DNA of 62,307 nt, filler included. It is 4 parts of 4 records of this genome, joined end to end, with 100 filler letters (N's around TTAATTAATTAA, not from the genome) between each part and the next. Parts side by side here need not be neighbours in the genome. Positions count along the whole stretch, not along the records: positions 1 to 27,367 come from DRR723986_4960; 3 more parts are not named here. The stretch is one strand, 5' to 3'. The notes below the pieces were generated by a model, which was given only the letters and a program-made list of their open reading frames with translations, ran no database searches and was not told the origin of the DNA. Each line of letters opens with the position of its first letter. Position 1 is the stretch's first letter. The translations under genes were made by a program, and so were the position numbers. This document shows positions 1 to 9,611 of the stretch, in pieces.

Positions 1-971
1 TCGGCAGCAGCCACGTATCGCCAAACCACGCTAGTGCCGGGTTCTGCGTCAGGTGTTACAAGCGCCGCGGTTGGTATCAGCCACGACGGGGCGCTCTCTC
101 CAGCCAATGTGCCGTAATCAAGCAGAACGGTCGCGCTCATCCCCGAAAGCACTGTGATGTCCTCGGGTTCAGGGAGCGTTACGGTAACCTCATAACTGAG
201 CGACCCCTGAGAGGCATTGCTGTCATGCTCTTTGTAGCTCGCGGCGTAGCGTTTATCGGGAAGCTCGGGAAACTGTACCCACGCGATAGTGTTGCCATTG
301 GCGCGAACGTTCCTGGATCTCTGTGGCTGAAGGCGGCGGACCTGTTGTTCAGGCATCTGGAACGAGACGTCGATAGAGCCGGGCCGTTGCAGTTCGGCAA
401 TGGCCTGCTGGGCTGATACAACCTGAAAGGCATCCACCGGCACCCGTGAAATGACACCATCAAATGGCGCTTTGAGAACGGTATAGGAAAGTTGATCCTC
501 GGCGCTGGCCAACTGCGCCTTGGCAGAGAGGTACTCGGCCTCGGCCTCATCGAAGCGGGCCCGACTGATGGCTTGTCGCTCCAGCGATACGCGCATTCGC
601 TCGAAGGTGGCCTGTGCCAGATTGAAGTTTGACCGGGCGTTTTCTAGGCGGGTTCTTGCATCCCGATCGTCAAGACGGGCAACGACCTCCCCTTTCTCGA
701 CAGTATCGCCTGCTTTTACGGCCAGCTCTGTCAGCTCTCCTCCCACTCTGAAAGAGAGTTCTGAATGGTCAGACGCCGAGACTCTGCCCGGATACTGCTT
801 GAGCGTGCCTGACTGCGCCTGCTCCAGCGTCATGAGCTTTACCGGGTAGACGGTTTGCTGTGTCAGAGGGGGCGCCTCCGCCGAACATCCCATCACCAGG
901 AGGCTCGAAAGCATTGCAAGCACTTGTAGGCCTCTCAAGGGGATGGCGGTATTGACCATCTTGAATTTCAT
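1..971 (-). CDS. RND efflux periplasmic adaptor (membrane fusion protein), 3' end runs off the window
   Basis: Not in the ORF track. Manual translation from ATG 971 gives MKFKMVNTAIPLRGLQVLAMLSSLLVMGC (lipoprotein-like), then SELSFRVGGELTELAVKAGDTVEKGEVVARLD and LSYTVLKAPFDGVIS. GGAGAG RBS upstream. Confidence 0.92.
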   Translation of the reverse strand, partial: MKFKMVNTAIPLRGLQVLAMLSSLLVMGCSAEAPPLTQQTVYPVKLMTLEQAQSGTLKQYPGRVSASDHSELSFRVGGELTELAVKAGDTVEKGEVVARLDDRDARTRLENARSNFNLAQATFERMRVSLERQAISRARFDEAEAEYLSAKAQLASAEDQLSYTVLKAPFDGVISRVPVDAFQVVSAQQAIAELQRPGSIDVSFQMPEQQVRRLQPQRSRNVRANGNTIAWVQFPELPDKRYAASYKEHDSNASQGSLSYEVTVTLPEPEDITVLSGMSATVLLDYGTLAGESAPSWLIPTAALVTPDAEPGTSVVWRYVAAA

Positions 972-994
972 AACGCGTCACTCTCCAGAAAGAA

Positions 995-1579
995 TCAGGT
1001 ATTCCGACGATCGGCAACCGCATCCCAAGCCATATCAAACGCTAATTCGATATGCTCATCGGTACCTTCGAACGACCCTTGCAGGCATCGTTGAACGAGG
1101 TGGTAAATCGGGCGGAACATAAACGTTTCGAGAAGTGGAAAAGGTACCGGTTTGATCAGCCCGGATTGCTTTCCCTGATCAACTGCATTCAAAAGATTTG
1201 CGGCTCGGCTTTCGTTTCGTGCCTGGATCTCGGGAGTCATCCAAGCAGAATGCGTGAACGTCTCGTGGTAGCGGAATAGTTCCGGACGCTCAAGGCCGAT
1301 CCGGAACAGTGTGTGCCACTGGCGTCGCAGTCCTTCACGCAGATCTTTCCCGCGAGAAAAACTGTCCAGCGCCGCATCAATGACCTGATCGCTGACGTAA
1401 TAAAATGTCGCCAATAAAAGCTGTTCTTTATCTTCGTAATAGATGTACAGCGTGGCTGGTGACAAACCCGCAGCCTTGGCTATCTTGCCAACCGAGGTTG
1501 CTGAAAAACCGTGATCTGCTACTTCCCTCACGGTAGCTTCCAGGAAGGCTATTCGTTTCGAGTCGTCTCTTTGCCGCAT
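995..1579 (-). CDS. TetR/AcrR family transcriptional regulator
   Basis: N-terminal HTH GFSATSVGKIAKAAGLSPATLYIYYEDKEQL. ATG 1579 preferred (TTG 1591 is possible). Lies directly upstream of the RND adaptor. Confidence 0.95.
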   Translation of the reverse strand: MRQRDDSKRIAFLEATVREVADHGFSATSVGKIAKAAGLSPATLYIYYEDKEQLLLATFYYVSDQVIDAALDSFSRGKDLREGLRRQWHTLFRIGLERPELFRYHETFTHSAWMTPEIQARNESRAANLLNAVDQGKQSGLIKPVPFPLLETFMFRPIYHLVQRCLQGSFEGTDEHIELAFDMAWDAVADRRNT

Positions 1580-1611
1580 TTGTCTGCTCAACGCTTCAAA
1601 TTGGTCGGCCT

Positions 1612-1637
1612 AAAATAAATGAACGTTCACTTATTTT
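1612..1637. promoter_or_regulatory. Probable TetR operator, 26-bp palindrome
   Basis: AAAATAAATGAACGTTCACTTATTTT has one mismatched pair and sits about 30 bp upstream of the tetR start. Confidence 0.75.
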
Positions 1638-1887
1638 CAAACCGAAAATATAGGCGTATACCGAAGTAGGTGCCCTACTGAAGTGCGCGGGGTTCAGGCA
1701 AAAATCAGGTTGGTCTGCAGGCTCTTTGCAACCAGCCGACCACGAAAACCCATCACAGGCTCTAGCCAGGTCCCGAACGCAATAGAGGCAGATCGAGCAG
1801 GATTTCGAGACGATGATGCGCGATGGCTACGTCATCATCGAACCTGTCCCCAAGGGAAACTTGCGAAGGCGGATTCCAGCCTGTCGC

Positions 1888-1928
1888 ATCAGCCAGGATG
1901 ATGATTGATATATCTCATCCGAATTAGT
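1888..1928 (+). promoter_or_regulatory. MexT/NodD-type LysR binding box upstream of the OYE gene
   Basis: ATCA-N5-GATGAT-N4-GATAT, containing ATC-N9-GAT. 27/41 identical to the box at 9104-9144. Confidence 0.6.
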
Positions 1929-1985
1929 CCGCCCGGCCCACGGGCGGATAGTTTATGGTTTTGCACAATATTTCCCGAGGATGCT

Positions 1986-3068
1986 ATGAACACACTTTCT
2001 ACTCCCCTGAAAATGGGCGCCAGTGAATTGGCCAATCGGGTCTTCATGGCCCCCCTCACCCGCGTCCGTGCCGACGCTGATCACGTTCCCACGGACATGA
2101 TGGTTGAGTATTACGCTCAGCGTGCGTCTGCCGGCCTGATCATCGCCGAGGCCACCATGGCCATCGAAGGCAATTCAGCCTTCTGGCGCGAGCCTGGCAT
2201 CTATTCCGAGGCGCAAGTTGAAGGCTGGAAGAAAGTCAGTGATGCGGTACACGCTAAAGGTGGCAAGATTTATCTGCAGATCTGGCACGGCGGCCGCGCC
2301 TGTCACCCGGTGTTAAACAACGGGAAGGATCCGGTAGCGCCCAGCGCCATTGCCATTACCAGCGATGAAGTGCACACACCGGAAGGCAAGAAGTCCTACA
2401 CGGTTCCCCGCGCACTGGCTGACAACGAAATCCCGGCCATCATCGACGGTTTCCGCACCGCCGCCGAGAATGCCAAGCGCGCCGGCTTTGACGGTGTTGA
2501 GGTTCATGGCGCCAACGGCTACCTGCTGGACCAGTTCCTCCGTGATGGTTCCAACCATCGAGAAGGCCCTTACGGTGGCCCGATCGAAAATCGCGCCCGA
2601 CTGCTGCTGGAGGTGATTGAAGCCGTATCCGGAGTGTTCGGTTCCGAGAACGTCGGTGTTCGACTGAGCCCGCTCAACAGTTTCCAGAGCATGAAGGACA
2701 GTGATCCGGTCGGCCTGGTCACCTGGCTCGCCAAGCGTCTGAACGACTACGGCCTGGCCTTTGTTCATTTAATGCGCAGCGACTTTTTTGGGGAGCAGCA
2801 AGCAGACGTGATTACCCCGGTCCGCGAGCACTTCAAGGGCAAGTTGATCCTCAACATGAGCTACACCGGTGAAGAAGCAGAACAGGCCATCGAATCCGGA
2901 TTGGCCGACGCTGTCGCCTTTGGTGTGCCCTTCATTGCCAACCCGGACCTTCCGGAGCGCCTGAAGCTTGGGGCCGAGCTTAATGAAGCAGATCCCTCGA
3001 CTTTTTACACCCAGGGAGCGGAGGGGTATATTGACTACCCTTACCTCGAAGAATTAGCCGAAGCATAG
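1986..3068 (+). CDS. Old yellow enzyme / alkene reductase (NemA/XenB-like)
   Basis: Motifs NRVFMAPLTR, YYAQRASAGLII, AGFDGVEVHGANGYLLDQF and FIANPDLPER. ATG 1986 follows GAGGA. Confidence 0.95.
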   Translation: MNTLSTPLKMGASELANRVFMAPLTRVRADADHVPTDMMVEYYAQRASAGLIIAEATMAIEGNSAFWREPGIYSEAQVEGWKKVSDAVHAKGGKIYLQIWHGGRACHPVLNNGKDPVAPSAIAITSDEVHTPEGKKSYTVPRALADNEIPAIIDGFRTAAENAKRAGFDGVEVHGANGYLLDQFLRDGSNHREGPYGGPIENRARLLLEVIEAVSGVFGSENVGVRLSPLNSFQSMKDSDPVGLVTWLAKRLNDYGLAFVHLMRSDFFGEQQADVITPVREHFKGKLILNMSYTGEEAEQAIESGLADAVAFGVPFIANPDLPERLKLGAELNEADPSTFYTQGAEGYIDYPYLEELAEA

Positions 3069-3091
3069 TATTGAGTCGGAGCATAGTATCG

Positions 3092-3116
3092 AAAGGGGGC
3101 TTTTAGCCCCCTTTTT
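3092..3116. terminator. Intrinsic terminator, probably bidirectional
   Basis: AAAGGGGGCT-TTT-AGCCCCCTTT-TT between the convergent OYE and OMF genes. Confidence 0.85.
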
Positions 3117-3212
3117 CGTTGCGGAGAAAACATGACCTTTGAAAGCGCCATTTCCTTTCTTGCCGCTAAAGCCCGGAACTTCCCCTTTTTCAGCTAAACC
3201 ATACCCTCTTCC

Positions 3213-4616
3213 TCAAGACTCGCCACCCGTTGCCTTCAGCATTCGCCGGTGCGCCTCCGACGACCAAACCCCACTGAATTCCTCAATCACCCCAAGCTGG
3301 GCCGCCGCATAGGACAATCTGGCGGAAAGCCGGTCCTGCTGAGCGGAAATGAAGGTTCGGTTGGCGTCCAGTAAATCCAGATAGCCGATGGCACCCTCAC
3401 GATGCATAGTTCTGGCGATGGTGAACGATTCGTTGGCTGCCTCAAACGCCCTGCCCGTTGCCTGATCAGCCTCCAAGGCCCGCCCGTAAGCAAAGATCGC
3501 AACCCGCGCACTGGCGACCGCATCAATGATGGTTTGGCGATAACGGATGTAACTTTCTTCCGAGACTGCATTCTGGCTTTCGACCCGTTGCAGTATCACC
3601 GGATAACTCAACAGAGACCAGGAGATGCGAGGAGCGATGCTGCCGGTACCCTCAAAGCCATCGGACACTTCCGCCACGTTGGTCAAGCCCAGAAATCCCT
3701 CGACCGAAAACTGGGGATAGAGTTCTGCCCGAAGGGCGTTGCCAACCGCCACATCCCGGGCCAGTGCTGCGAGCGCACCGCCGATATCCGCACGCAGCTG
3801 CATGGCCTCGTTGGCCCGCTCCGCCTCCGGTACCCCAATGGAAGCGGCCAGTGCACGTGGGACCGGTTTCAGGACCAGGGATTCGGGATCTTCATTGACG
3901 AGCACGGACAGCACCGCTTTGGCACGATAAAGCTGGGCTCGCGCGTTAGGAAGCTTGGCACGCTGCTGTTCCAGCAGCGTGTCTGCGCGGGCGAGATCCA
4001 GGTTCGGCGAGATGCCTTCCTCCACGCGCAGGGCCATGACTTCCCGGGTGTCTTCCAATGCTCGAATGTACGCCTTGATCAACTGAACCCGCTGGCGAGC
4101 GGCTTCCCACTCCAGATAAGACCGGACAACACCAACGGTGACTTCTTTCAACACCGCTCGCTGGTTGTTCAGGGCAACCTCAAGGTTGGCTTCACCGGCA
4201 TCGATTAGCGCTCTAAGCCGGCCAAACAAGTCCACTTCCCAGGTGGCCGCCAGACCGACGGCAGAGGATTCCTGGACACTGTTTCGATCGATCGCCTCGT
4301 ATTCCCCGGTTACTCCTCCCTGAGGAAGCAAGCGGTTTTTGTCCGCACCCAAATCCGCGAGCGCCTGACGGACCCGCTGCCGGGTTGCCAACAGATCGAG
4401 GTTGGCGGCCTGCGCAACCTCGACCAGTTGATTGAGTTGGTCATCCTCGTAGCTCTTCCACCACTCTGCTGTGGTGGCGTCTGTGCTCTGAACACCGAAC
4501 TCGAGGCTGTCGAGGTAACGTTCGTTCGCCTCCTGTTGGGGCTCATAATTCGGGGTTGCAGCGCACCCAACCAGCAGCGCTGACCCGAGCAAGACACTAA
4601 CCGCCCGTTTAAGCAT
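3213..4616 (-). CDS. Outer membrane efflux lipoprotein (OprN/NodT/TolC family)
   Basis: Lipobox LLVGC after MLKRAVSVLLGSA, plus WWKSYEDDQLNQLV and WEVDLFGRLR. The start overlaps the RND stop. Confidence 0.93.
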   Translation of the reverse strand: MLKRAVSVLLGSALLVGCAATPNYEPQQEANERYLDSLEFGVQSTDATTAEWWKSYEDDQLNQLVEVAQAANLDLLATRQRVRQALADLGADKNRLLPQGGVTGEYEAIDRNSVQESSAVGLAATWEVDLFGRLRALIDAGEANLEVALNNQRAVLKEVTVGVVRSYLEWEAARQRVQLIKAYIRALEDTREVMALRVEEGISPNLDLARADTLLEQQRAKLPNARAQLYRAKAVLSVLVNEDPESLVLKPVPRALAASIGVPEAERANEAMQLRADIGGALAALARDVAVGNALRAELYPQFSVEGFLGLTNVAEVSDGFEGTGSIAPRISWSLLSYPVILQRVESQNAVSEESYIRYRQTIIDAVASARVAIFAYGRALEADQATGRAFEAANESFTIARTMHREGAIGYLDLLDANRTFISAQQDRLSARLSYAAAQLGVIEEFSGVWSSEAHRRMLKATGGES

Positions 4617-7600
4617 GGTCGTTCTCCGTGATCTGTTCAGGGATTGCCTTGGCGTTGGCAGGCGCCTCGGTATCGGCCTTCGCACGCTGAATCACCGCGT
4701 AAAATACCGGGGTGAAAAGCAGGCCGAACACGGTGACACCTATCATTCCCGAAAACACCGCTATGCCCATAGCGTGACGCATCTCCGCACCGGCTCCGCT
4801 CGCAAGAACCAGCGGTACCACGCCTGCAGTGAAGGCAATCGAGGTCATCAGAATAGGCCGTAAACGCAAACGACACGCCTCTACGATGGCCTGATAATGA
4901 CTGCGTCCCTGGAGGTTGAGGTCACGGGCGAACTCGACCATCAGGATGGCGTTTTTACTCGCCAATGCCACCAGAACAATCAGGCCAATCTGGGTGAACA
5001 TGTTGTTGTCACCATCAGTCAGCCAGACCCCGGCCAGAGCTGACAGCAAGGTCATCGGCACAATCAGAATGATGGCAAACGGCAGTCGCAGGCTTTCGTA
5101 TTGAGCCGCCAGTACGATGAAAACCAGCAAGATAACCAGTGGGAACACATAGACCATGGTGTTGCCAGCGAGTTTTTGCTGATAAGTCACCTCGGTCCAC
5201 TCAAACGCCATGCCCTCGGGCAGAGTCTGTGCGAGAACCTCTTCGATAGCAGCCTGAGCCTGGTCCGAACTGAAGCCCGGGGCCGGAGAGCCATTGAGTT
5301 CAGCCGTTGGATAGCCGTTGTAACGCATCACACGGTCCGGGCCGATGGTCGATTCGACACTCATCACCGCGGACAGCGGGATCATCTGGCCCCGCTGGTT
5401 GCGAACCTTCAGATTCAGAATGTGCTCCGGATCAAGGCGCTTGTCGGACTCGGCCTGGGCAATCACCTGATAGGTACTGCCGAACATGTTCACGTCATTG
5501 ACGTACACCGACCCCAGATACACCTGCAGTGTGTCGAACACGGACTCCAGCGGAATGCCCAGCAGCATCGCACGCTCCCGATCGATATCCAGGTCAAACT
5601 GGGGTACCTGAACCCGGAAGCTGGAGTATAGACCCGTCAGTGCCGGATGCTTGCGAGCTTCGTTGATGGTGGTTTGCAGGGTATCAAACAAGGCTTCAAA
5701 GCCTTTGCTGCTTCGATCTTCGATCTGCAGTTTGAAGCCACCCGTGGTGCCCAGGCCCAGGATCGGTGGTGGTGGGAACACCGCCACAAACCCTTCGTCA
5801 ATGCCTGAAAACGCGCCGTTCAACTTGCCTGCAATCGCCCCCGCACTGAGCTCCGGAGACGTGCGTTCGGTAAAATCGGTCAACGGCAGGAACACGATGC
5901 CGCTGTTCGGGCTGTTGGTGAAACCGTTCACGGACAGGCCCGGGAACGCAATGGTGTTTGCCACACCCTCGGTCTCCAACGCGATCTGCTGCATTTCGTT
6001 GACCACGTCCACAGTCCGGTCAAGGCTCGCCGCATCCGGCAGCTGGGCAACTGCGACCAGGTATTGTTTGTCCTGCTGCGGAATGAAACCACCCGGTACC
6101 GCGTTGAACAGGCCACCGGCGAAAACGGTCAATCCCACATACACCACGCCAACGATGGCGCTGTAGCGGATCAGCTTCTTGACCAGAACTTCATAGGCAT
6201 TACCTGTTCGGTCAAAGAACCGGTTGAACGGGCGGAACACAAAGCGACCAAACACCTTTTCCAGAACCCGGGAAAGTCGGTCGGGCTTCTCGTCGTGGCC
6301 CTTGAGAAGCAGCGCGGACAACGCCGGCGACAGGGTCAGCGAGTTCAAAGCGGAGATCACCGTTGAAATCGTAATGGTCAATGCGAACTGCTTGTAAAAC
6401 TGACCGGAAAGACCAGAAATGAAGGCCGTCGGAATGAAGACCGCACACAACACCAGTGCAATGGCAATGATCGGGCCGGTTACCTCGTTCATGGCCACTT
6501 TGGTGGCTTCACGAGGCGAGAGCCCCCGGTGAATGTTCCGCTCCACGTTCTCGACCACCACGATGGCGTCATCAACCACGATACCGATCGCCAGCACCAT
6601 TCCGAACAGCGACAGCGTGTTGATGGAAACGCCCAACCACTGCATCACGGCGAAGGTGCCCACCAGTGATACAGGCACCGCAACGAGCGGAATAATGGAC
6701 GCCCTCCAGGTTTGCAGGAACAACACCACGACCAGCACAACCAGTAGAATCGCTTCCAACAAGGTGGTGATGACCGCGTCGATGGAGCCGCGAACAAACA
6801 CAGTCGGGTCGTAAGCGATTTCATACTCAACGCCCTGCGGGAAATCCTGCGACAACCGCGCCATGGTTGACCGAACATCGTCGGAAAGCTGAATGGCGTT
6901 AGCCCCCGGGCGCTGGAAAATCGGCATGGCAACCGCCGGCTTCCCATCGAGACCCGCTTCAAGGGCGTAGGTGTTCTGGCCCAGCTCGACTCTCGCAACG
7001 TCAGAGAGACGCGTGATAGCTCCGTTGTCACCGATTTTCAGAACAATGTCCCGAAACTCATCCAACGAGGTCAGGCGTCCGCGGACGTTCAGCATCAACT
7101 GGAACTGATTGTCGTTCGGTGCAGGCTGTGCACCAAGCGTACCGGCTGCAATCTGGCGATTCTGGGCACGGACAGCGTTCACCACATCCGAGGCGTTGAG
7201 ATTCCGGGCGGCCAGTTCATCCGGCTGCAGCCAGAGACGGACCGCAAATTCACCGCCACCGAACAACTGAACGTCGCCAACGCCGCCCAGGCGGGAGAGT
7301 TCATCTTTCAGATTCAGCTCGGCGTAGTTGGCCAGATAGGTAATGTCCCGGCTCTCATCCGGAGAGTGAACGTGAACAACCATGCTCAGGTTCGGGGATG
7401 ATTTCTCAGTCACCACACCCAGGCGCTGCACCTCTTCCGGCAAACGGGGCAAAGCAATATCAACCCGGTTCTGGACCTGAACCTGCGCTTTGTCGAGATC
7501 AGTACCCAGCGCAAACGTTACCGTCAGGGTCATACGGCCATCGGCCGTTGCCTGGGACGACATATACAGCATGTTCTCCACGCCGTTGATCTCATCCTCA

Positions 7601-7800
7601 ATCGGTGAGGCGACCGTTTCTGCAATCACCTTCGGGTTTGCGCCCGGGTAGTTGGCTGTGACCACCACCGTGGGCGGCACCACTTCCGGATACTCACTGA
7701 TCGGCAACTGGAACAGAGAGATGCCACCCCCGATCAGAATGATCAGGGATAGCATGGAGGCGAATATTGGCCGGTCAATAAAAAAATGGGGAAATTTCAT
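4609..7800 (-). CDS. RND multidrug efflux permease (MexF/OqxB-like)
   Basis: 1063 aa with FFIDRPIFA, GIVVDDAIVVVENVER, KNAILMVEFA and RLRPILMTS. Confidence 0.97.
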   Translation of the reverse strand: MKFPHFFIDRPIFASMLSLIILIGGGISLFQLPISEYPEVVPPTVVVTANYPGANPKVIAETVASPIEDEINGVENMLYMSSQATADGRMTLTVTFALGTDLDKAQVQVQNRVDIALPRLPEEVQRLGVVTEKSSPNLSMVVHVHSPDESRDITYLANYAELNLKDELSRLGGVGDVQLFGGGEFAVRLWLQPDELAARNLNASDVVNAVRAQNRQIAAGTLGAQPAPNDNQFQLMLNVRGRLTSLDEFRDIVLKIGDNGAITRLSDVARVELGQNTYALEAGLDGKPAVAMPIFQRPGANAIQLSDDVRSTMARLSQDFPQGVEYEIAYDPTVFVRGSIDAVITTLLEAILLVVLVVVLFLQTWRASIIPLVAVPVSLVGTFAVMQWLGVSINTLSLFGMVLAIGIVVDDAIVVVENVERNIHRGLSPREATKVAMNEVTGPIIAIALVLCAVFIPTAFISGLSGQFYKQFALTITISTVISALNSLTLSPALSALLLKGHDEKPDRLSRVLEKVFGRFVFRPFNRFFDRTGNAYEVLVKKLIRYSAIVGVVYVGLTVFAGGLFNAVPGGFIPQQDKQYLVAVAQLPDAASLDRTVDVVNEMQQIALETEGVANTIAFPGLSVNGFTNSPNSGIVFLPLTDFTERTSPELSAGAIAGKLNGAFSGIDEGFVAVFPPPPILGLGTTGGFKLQIEDRSSKGFEALFDTLQTTINEARKHPALTGLYSSFRVQVPQFDLDIDRERAMLLGIPLESVFDTLQVYLGSVYVNDVNMFGSTYQVIAQAESDKRLDPEHILNLKVRNQRGQMIPLSAVMSVESTIGPDRVMRYNGYPTAELNGSPAPGFSSDQAQAAIEEVLAQTLPEGMAFEWTEVTYQQKLAGNTMVYVFPLVILLVFIVLAAQYESLRLPFAIILIVPMTLLSALAGVWLTDGDNNMFTQIGLIVLVALASKNAILMVEFARDLNLQGRSHYQAIVEACRLRLRPILMTSIAFTAGVVPLVLASGAGAEMRHAMGIAVFSGMIGVTVFGLLFTPVFYAVIQRAKADTEAPANAKAIPEQITENDHA

Positions 7801-7810
7801 CGTTCGGGCC

Positions 7811-8986
7811 TCAGAACTTTACGCCAGCGGTCTGCTGAACTTCCGGTGCGTGTTCTTCAAGTGTGAAGGCCACGTCGGACGGTGCTTCTGACAGCATAAC
7901 CGGAGCGATGGTCATGCCAGGACCTACCTTGGCCGTCCCGTTCGCCACCACCACATCGCCTTCGGCAATGCCCTGCTCGACCACACGGAAGCTGCCGAAA
8001 CGCTCACCGACGGTTATCGGCGTGTAGTTAGTCTCGCCCTGCTCGTTGACCGTCAGCACAAAGCGGCTGTCGAGATCGGTTGCGATAGCCCGATCAGGAA
8101 CCATGATCTTCTGCTCGGTTGCGGCCACAGCGATCTTCACCCGGGCAAAGGCACCCGGTACCAAAGCCTCTCCGGAATCGGCCAATACCGCACGCAGACG
8201 CAGGGTGCCCGTGTTGGTATCGATGGCGTTATCGACGAAGTCAATCTCGCCCACATGGGGGAAGTCCTGTTCTCCGGTTAGCTGAATACGCACCGGCGAG
8301 CCCAGCGCGCGATCGCGGGCGCGGAAGAATCGATACCAGGTTCCCTCATCCATATCGAAGTACGCATATCGGTCCTGATTCGAGGCGATGGTGGTCAACC
8401 GGCTTTGGTTCGCGGTCACGGTATTTCCCGCAGTAATGTTGGCCCGGGAGATAACCCCGTCGATTGGCGAACGGATCGTGGCATAGCTCAGCTGCAGTTC
8501 CGCCTCTTTGAGCTGGGCGTTGAGAGAGGAAACCTCGGCCTCGGCCTGCTGGCGCGCGGAATCTCTTAGCTCAGCCTGTTCTTCGGAGATGGCGTTGCTG
8601 CGCAGCAGGCGCCCTGCCCGTGCAGCTTCCGCCTTGGCCTGATAGAGGGCTGCTTCTGCCCGGGCCAGTTCGGCATTCAGCTGTTCCACTCGGGCTGTAA
8701 GGTGGCGATCATCCAGCTGGAACAGGATGTCGCCTTTGCTCACCTTCTGCCCCTCAACAAAGTGCACCTCATCAACCACACCGGATAGTCGGGGCCGCAG
8801 CTCCACGTTTTCCGGTGCCTCAATACGGGTGGTGTAGGTTTTCTGGGGCTGAACCTGGGCACTGGCGGCGGCAACCACCTCTACCGAAGGCGGCTCCGGC
8901 TGGCTCGCGGTGCCCTGAGCTGCGCTTTCGCAGCCGGCAAGAACAAACACGGCCGCGCTGAGCACGGCAAGAATTCGATAAGTCAT
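7811..8986 (-). CDS. RND periplasmic adaptor (MexE/OqxA-like)
   Basis: Lipobox VLAGC, plus VELRPRLSG, IRSPIDG and GEIDFVDNAIDTNTGTLRLRA. Confidence 0.95.
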   Translation of the reverse strand: MTYRILAVLSAAVFVLAGCESAAQGTASQPEPPSVEVVAAASAQVQPQKTYTTRIEAPENVELRPRLSGVVDEVHFVEGQKVSKGDILFQLDDRHLTARVEQLNAELARAEAALYQAKAEAARAGRLLRSNAISEEQAELRDSARQQAEAEVSSLNAQLKEAELQLSYATIRSPIDGVISRANITAGNTVTANQSRLTTIASNQDRYAYFDMDEGTWYRFFRARDRALGSPVRIQLTGEQDFPHVGEIDFVDNAIDTNTGTLRLRAVLADSGEALVPGAFARVKIAVAATEQKIMVPDRAIATDLDSRFVLTVNEQGETNYTPITVGERFGSFRVVEQGIAEGDVVVANGTAKVGPGMTIAPVMLSEAPSDVAFTLEEHAPEVQQTAGVKF

Positions 8987-9103
8987 GGACTAAATCCTTA
9001 ATCGTTCATGATGGGGACTTCGGCGCCGGCGCGGACAGATTGGTCATGAGACCCGCGCCGGAGTGGTTCGTGGCGGGAATTATCTTTGCTGGAGCACGCT
9101 AAA

Positions 9104-9144
9104 AATAATCACCATGCGGTATTGCACTCATCATCACCGGTGAT
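9104..9144 (-). promoter_or_regulatory. MexT/NodD-type LysR binding box upstream of the RND operon
   Basis: Minus strand reads ATCA-ccggt-GATGAT-gagt-GCAAT. It overlaps the perfect 20-bp palindrome CATCATCACCGGTGATGATG (9129-9148). Confidence 0.6.
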
Positions 9145-9191
9145 GATGCTCAGGATTTATGCAGGAGGGGGATTTGGAGAGCCAAAACGCC

Positions 9192-9266
9192 CTCAGAGTC
9201 AGGGCGCTGATCGATTTTGTAAGAGAGAAAGCCCGGGAACGCAGCGAACGGCAGTCTTTATATTAA
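9192..9266 (+). pseudogene. 3'-terminal relic of a LysR (CrgA-like) regulator
   Basis: Manual translation [24 protein letters not shown] resembles the LysR C-terminal helix (compare AKVRVFIDFL in 14252-15202). Confidence 0.55.
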
Positions 9267-9595
9267 AACAGCCGTTCCCCATTCTCGACCTCAGAATCAG
9301 GGCTTACCAGCGTTACCACGCCTGCTTCGGTTTTGAATCCGGTTACGAGACATTCGGAGATAAACGGACCGATCTGCTTCGGAGGGAAGTTCGTGACAGC
9401 CAAGACCTGCTTGCCCAACAAGTCCTCCTTCGAATACAGCTCCGTAATCTGGGCACTGGACTTTCGCACGCCAACTTCCGGGCCAAAGTCCACTTTCAGT
9501 TTGTAGGCCGGTTTTCTGGCTTCAGGGAACGGCTGAACTTCGACAATGGTGCCAACCCGTAATTCCACTTTTTCAAAATCTTCCCAGGAAATCAT
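9263..9595 (-). CDS. csaA: CsaA-type tRNA-binding / secretion chaperone
   Basis: [29 protein letters not shown] and [18 protein letters not shown]. Confidence 0.92.
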   Translation of the reverse strand: MISWEDFEKVELRVGTIVEVQPFPEARKPAYKLKVDFGPEVGVRKSSAQITELYSKEDLLGKQVLAVTNFPPKQIGPFISECLVTGFKTEAGVVTLVSPDSEVENGERLF

Positions 9596-9611
9596 TCTTC
9601 ATCCTCCGTTG

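Noticed and set aside
9086-9562. 158-aa plus-strand ORF
   Set aside because: Runs over a promoter and antisense to csaA, with no family features.
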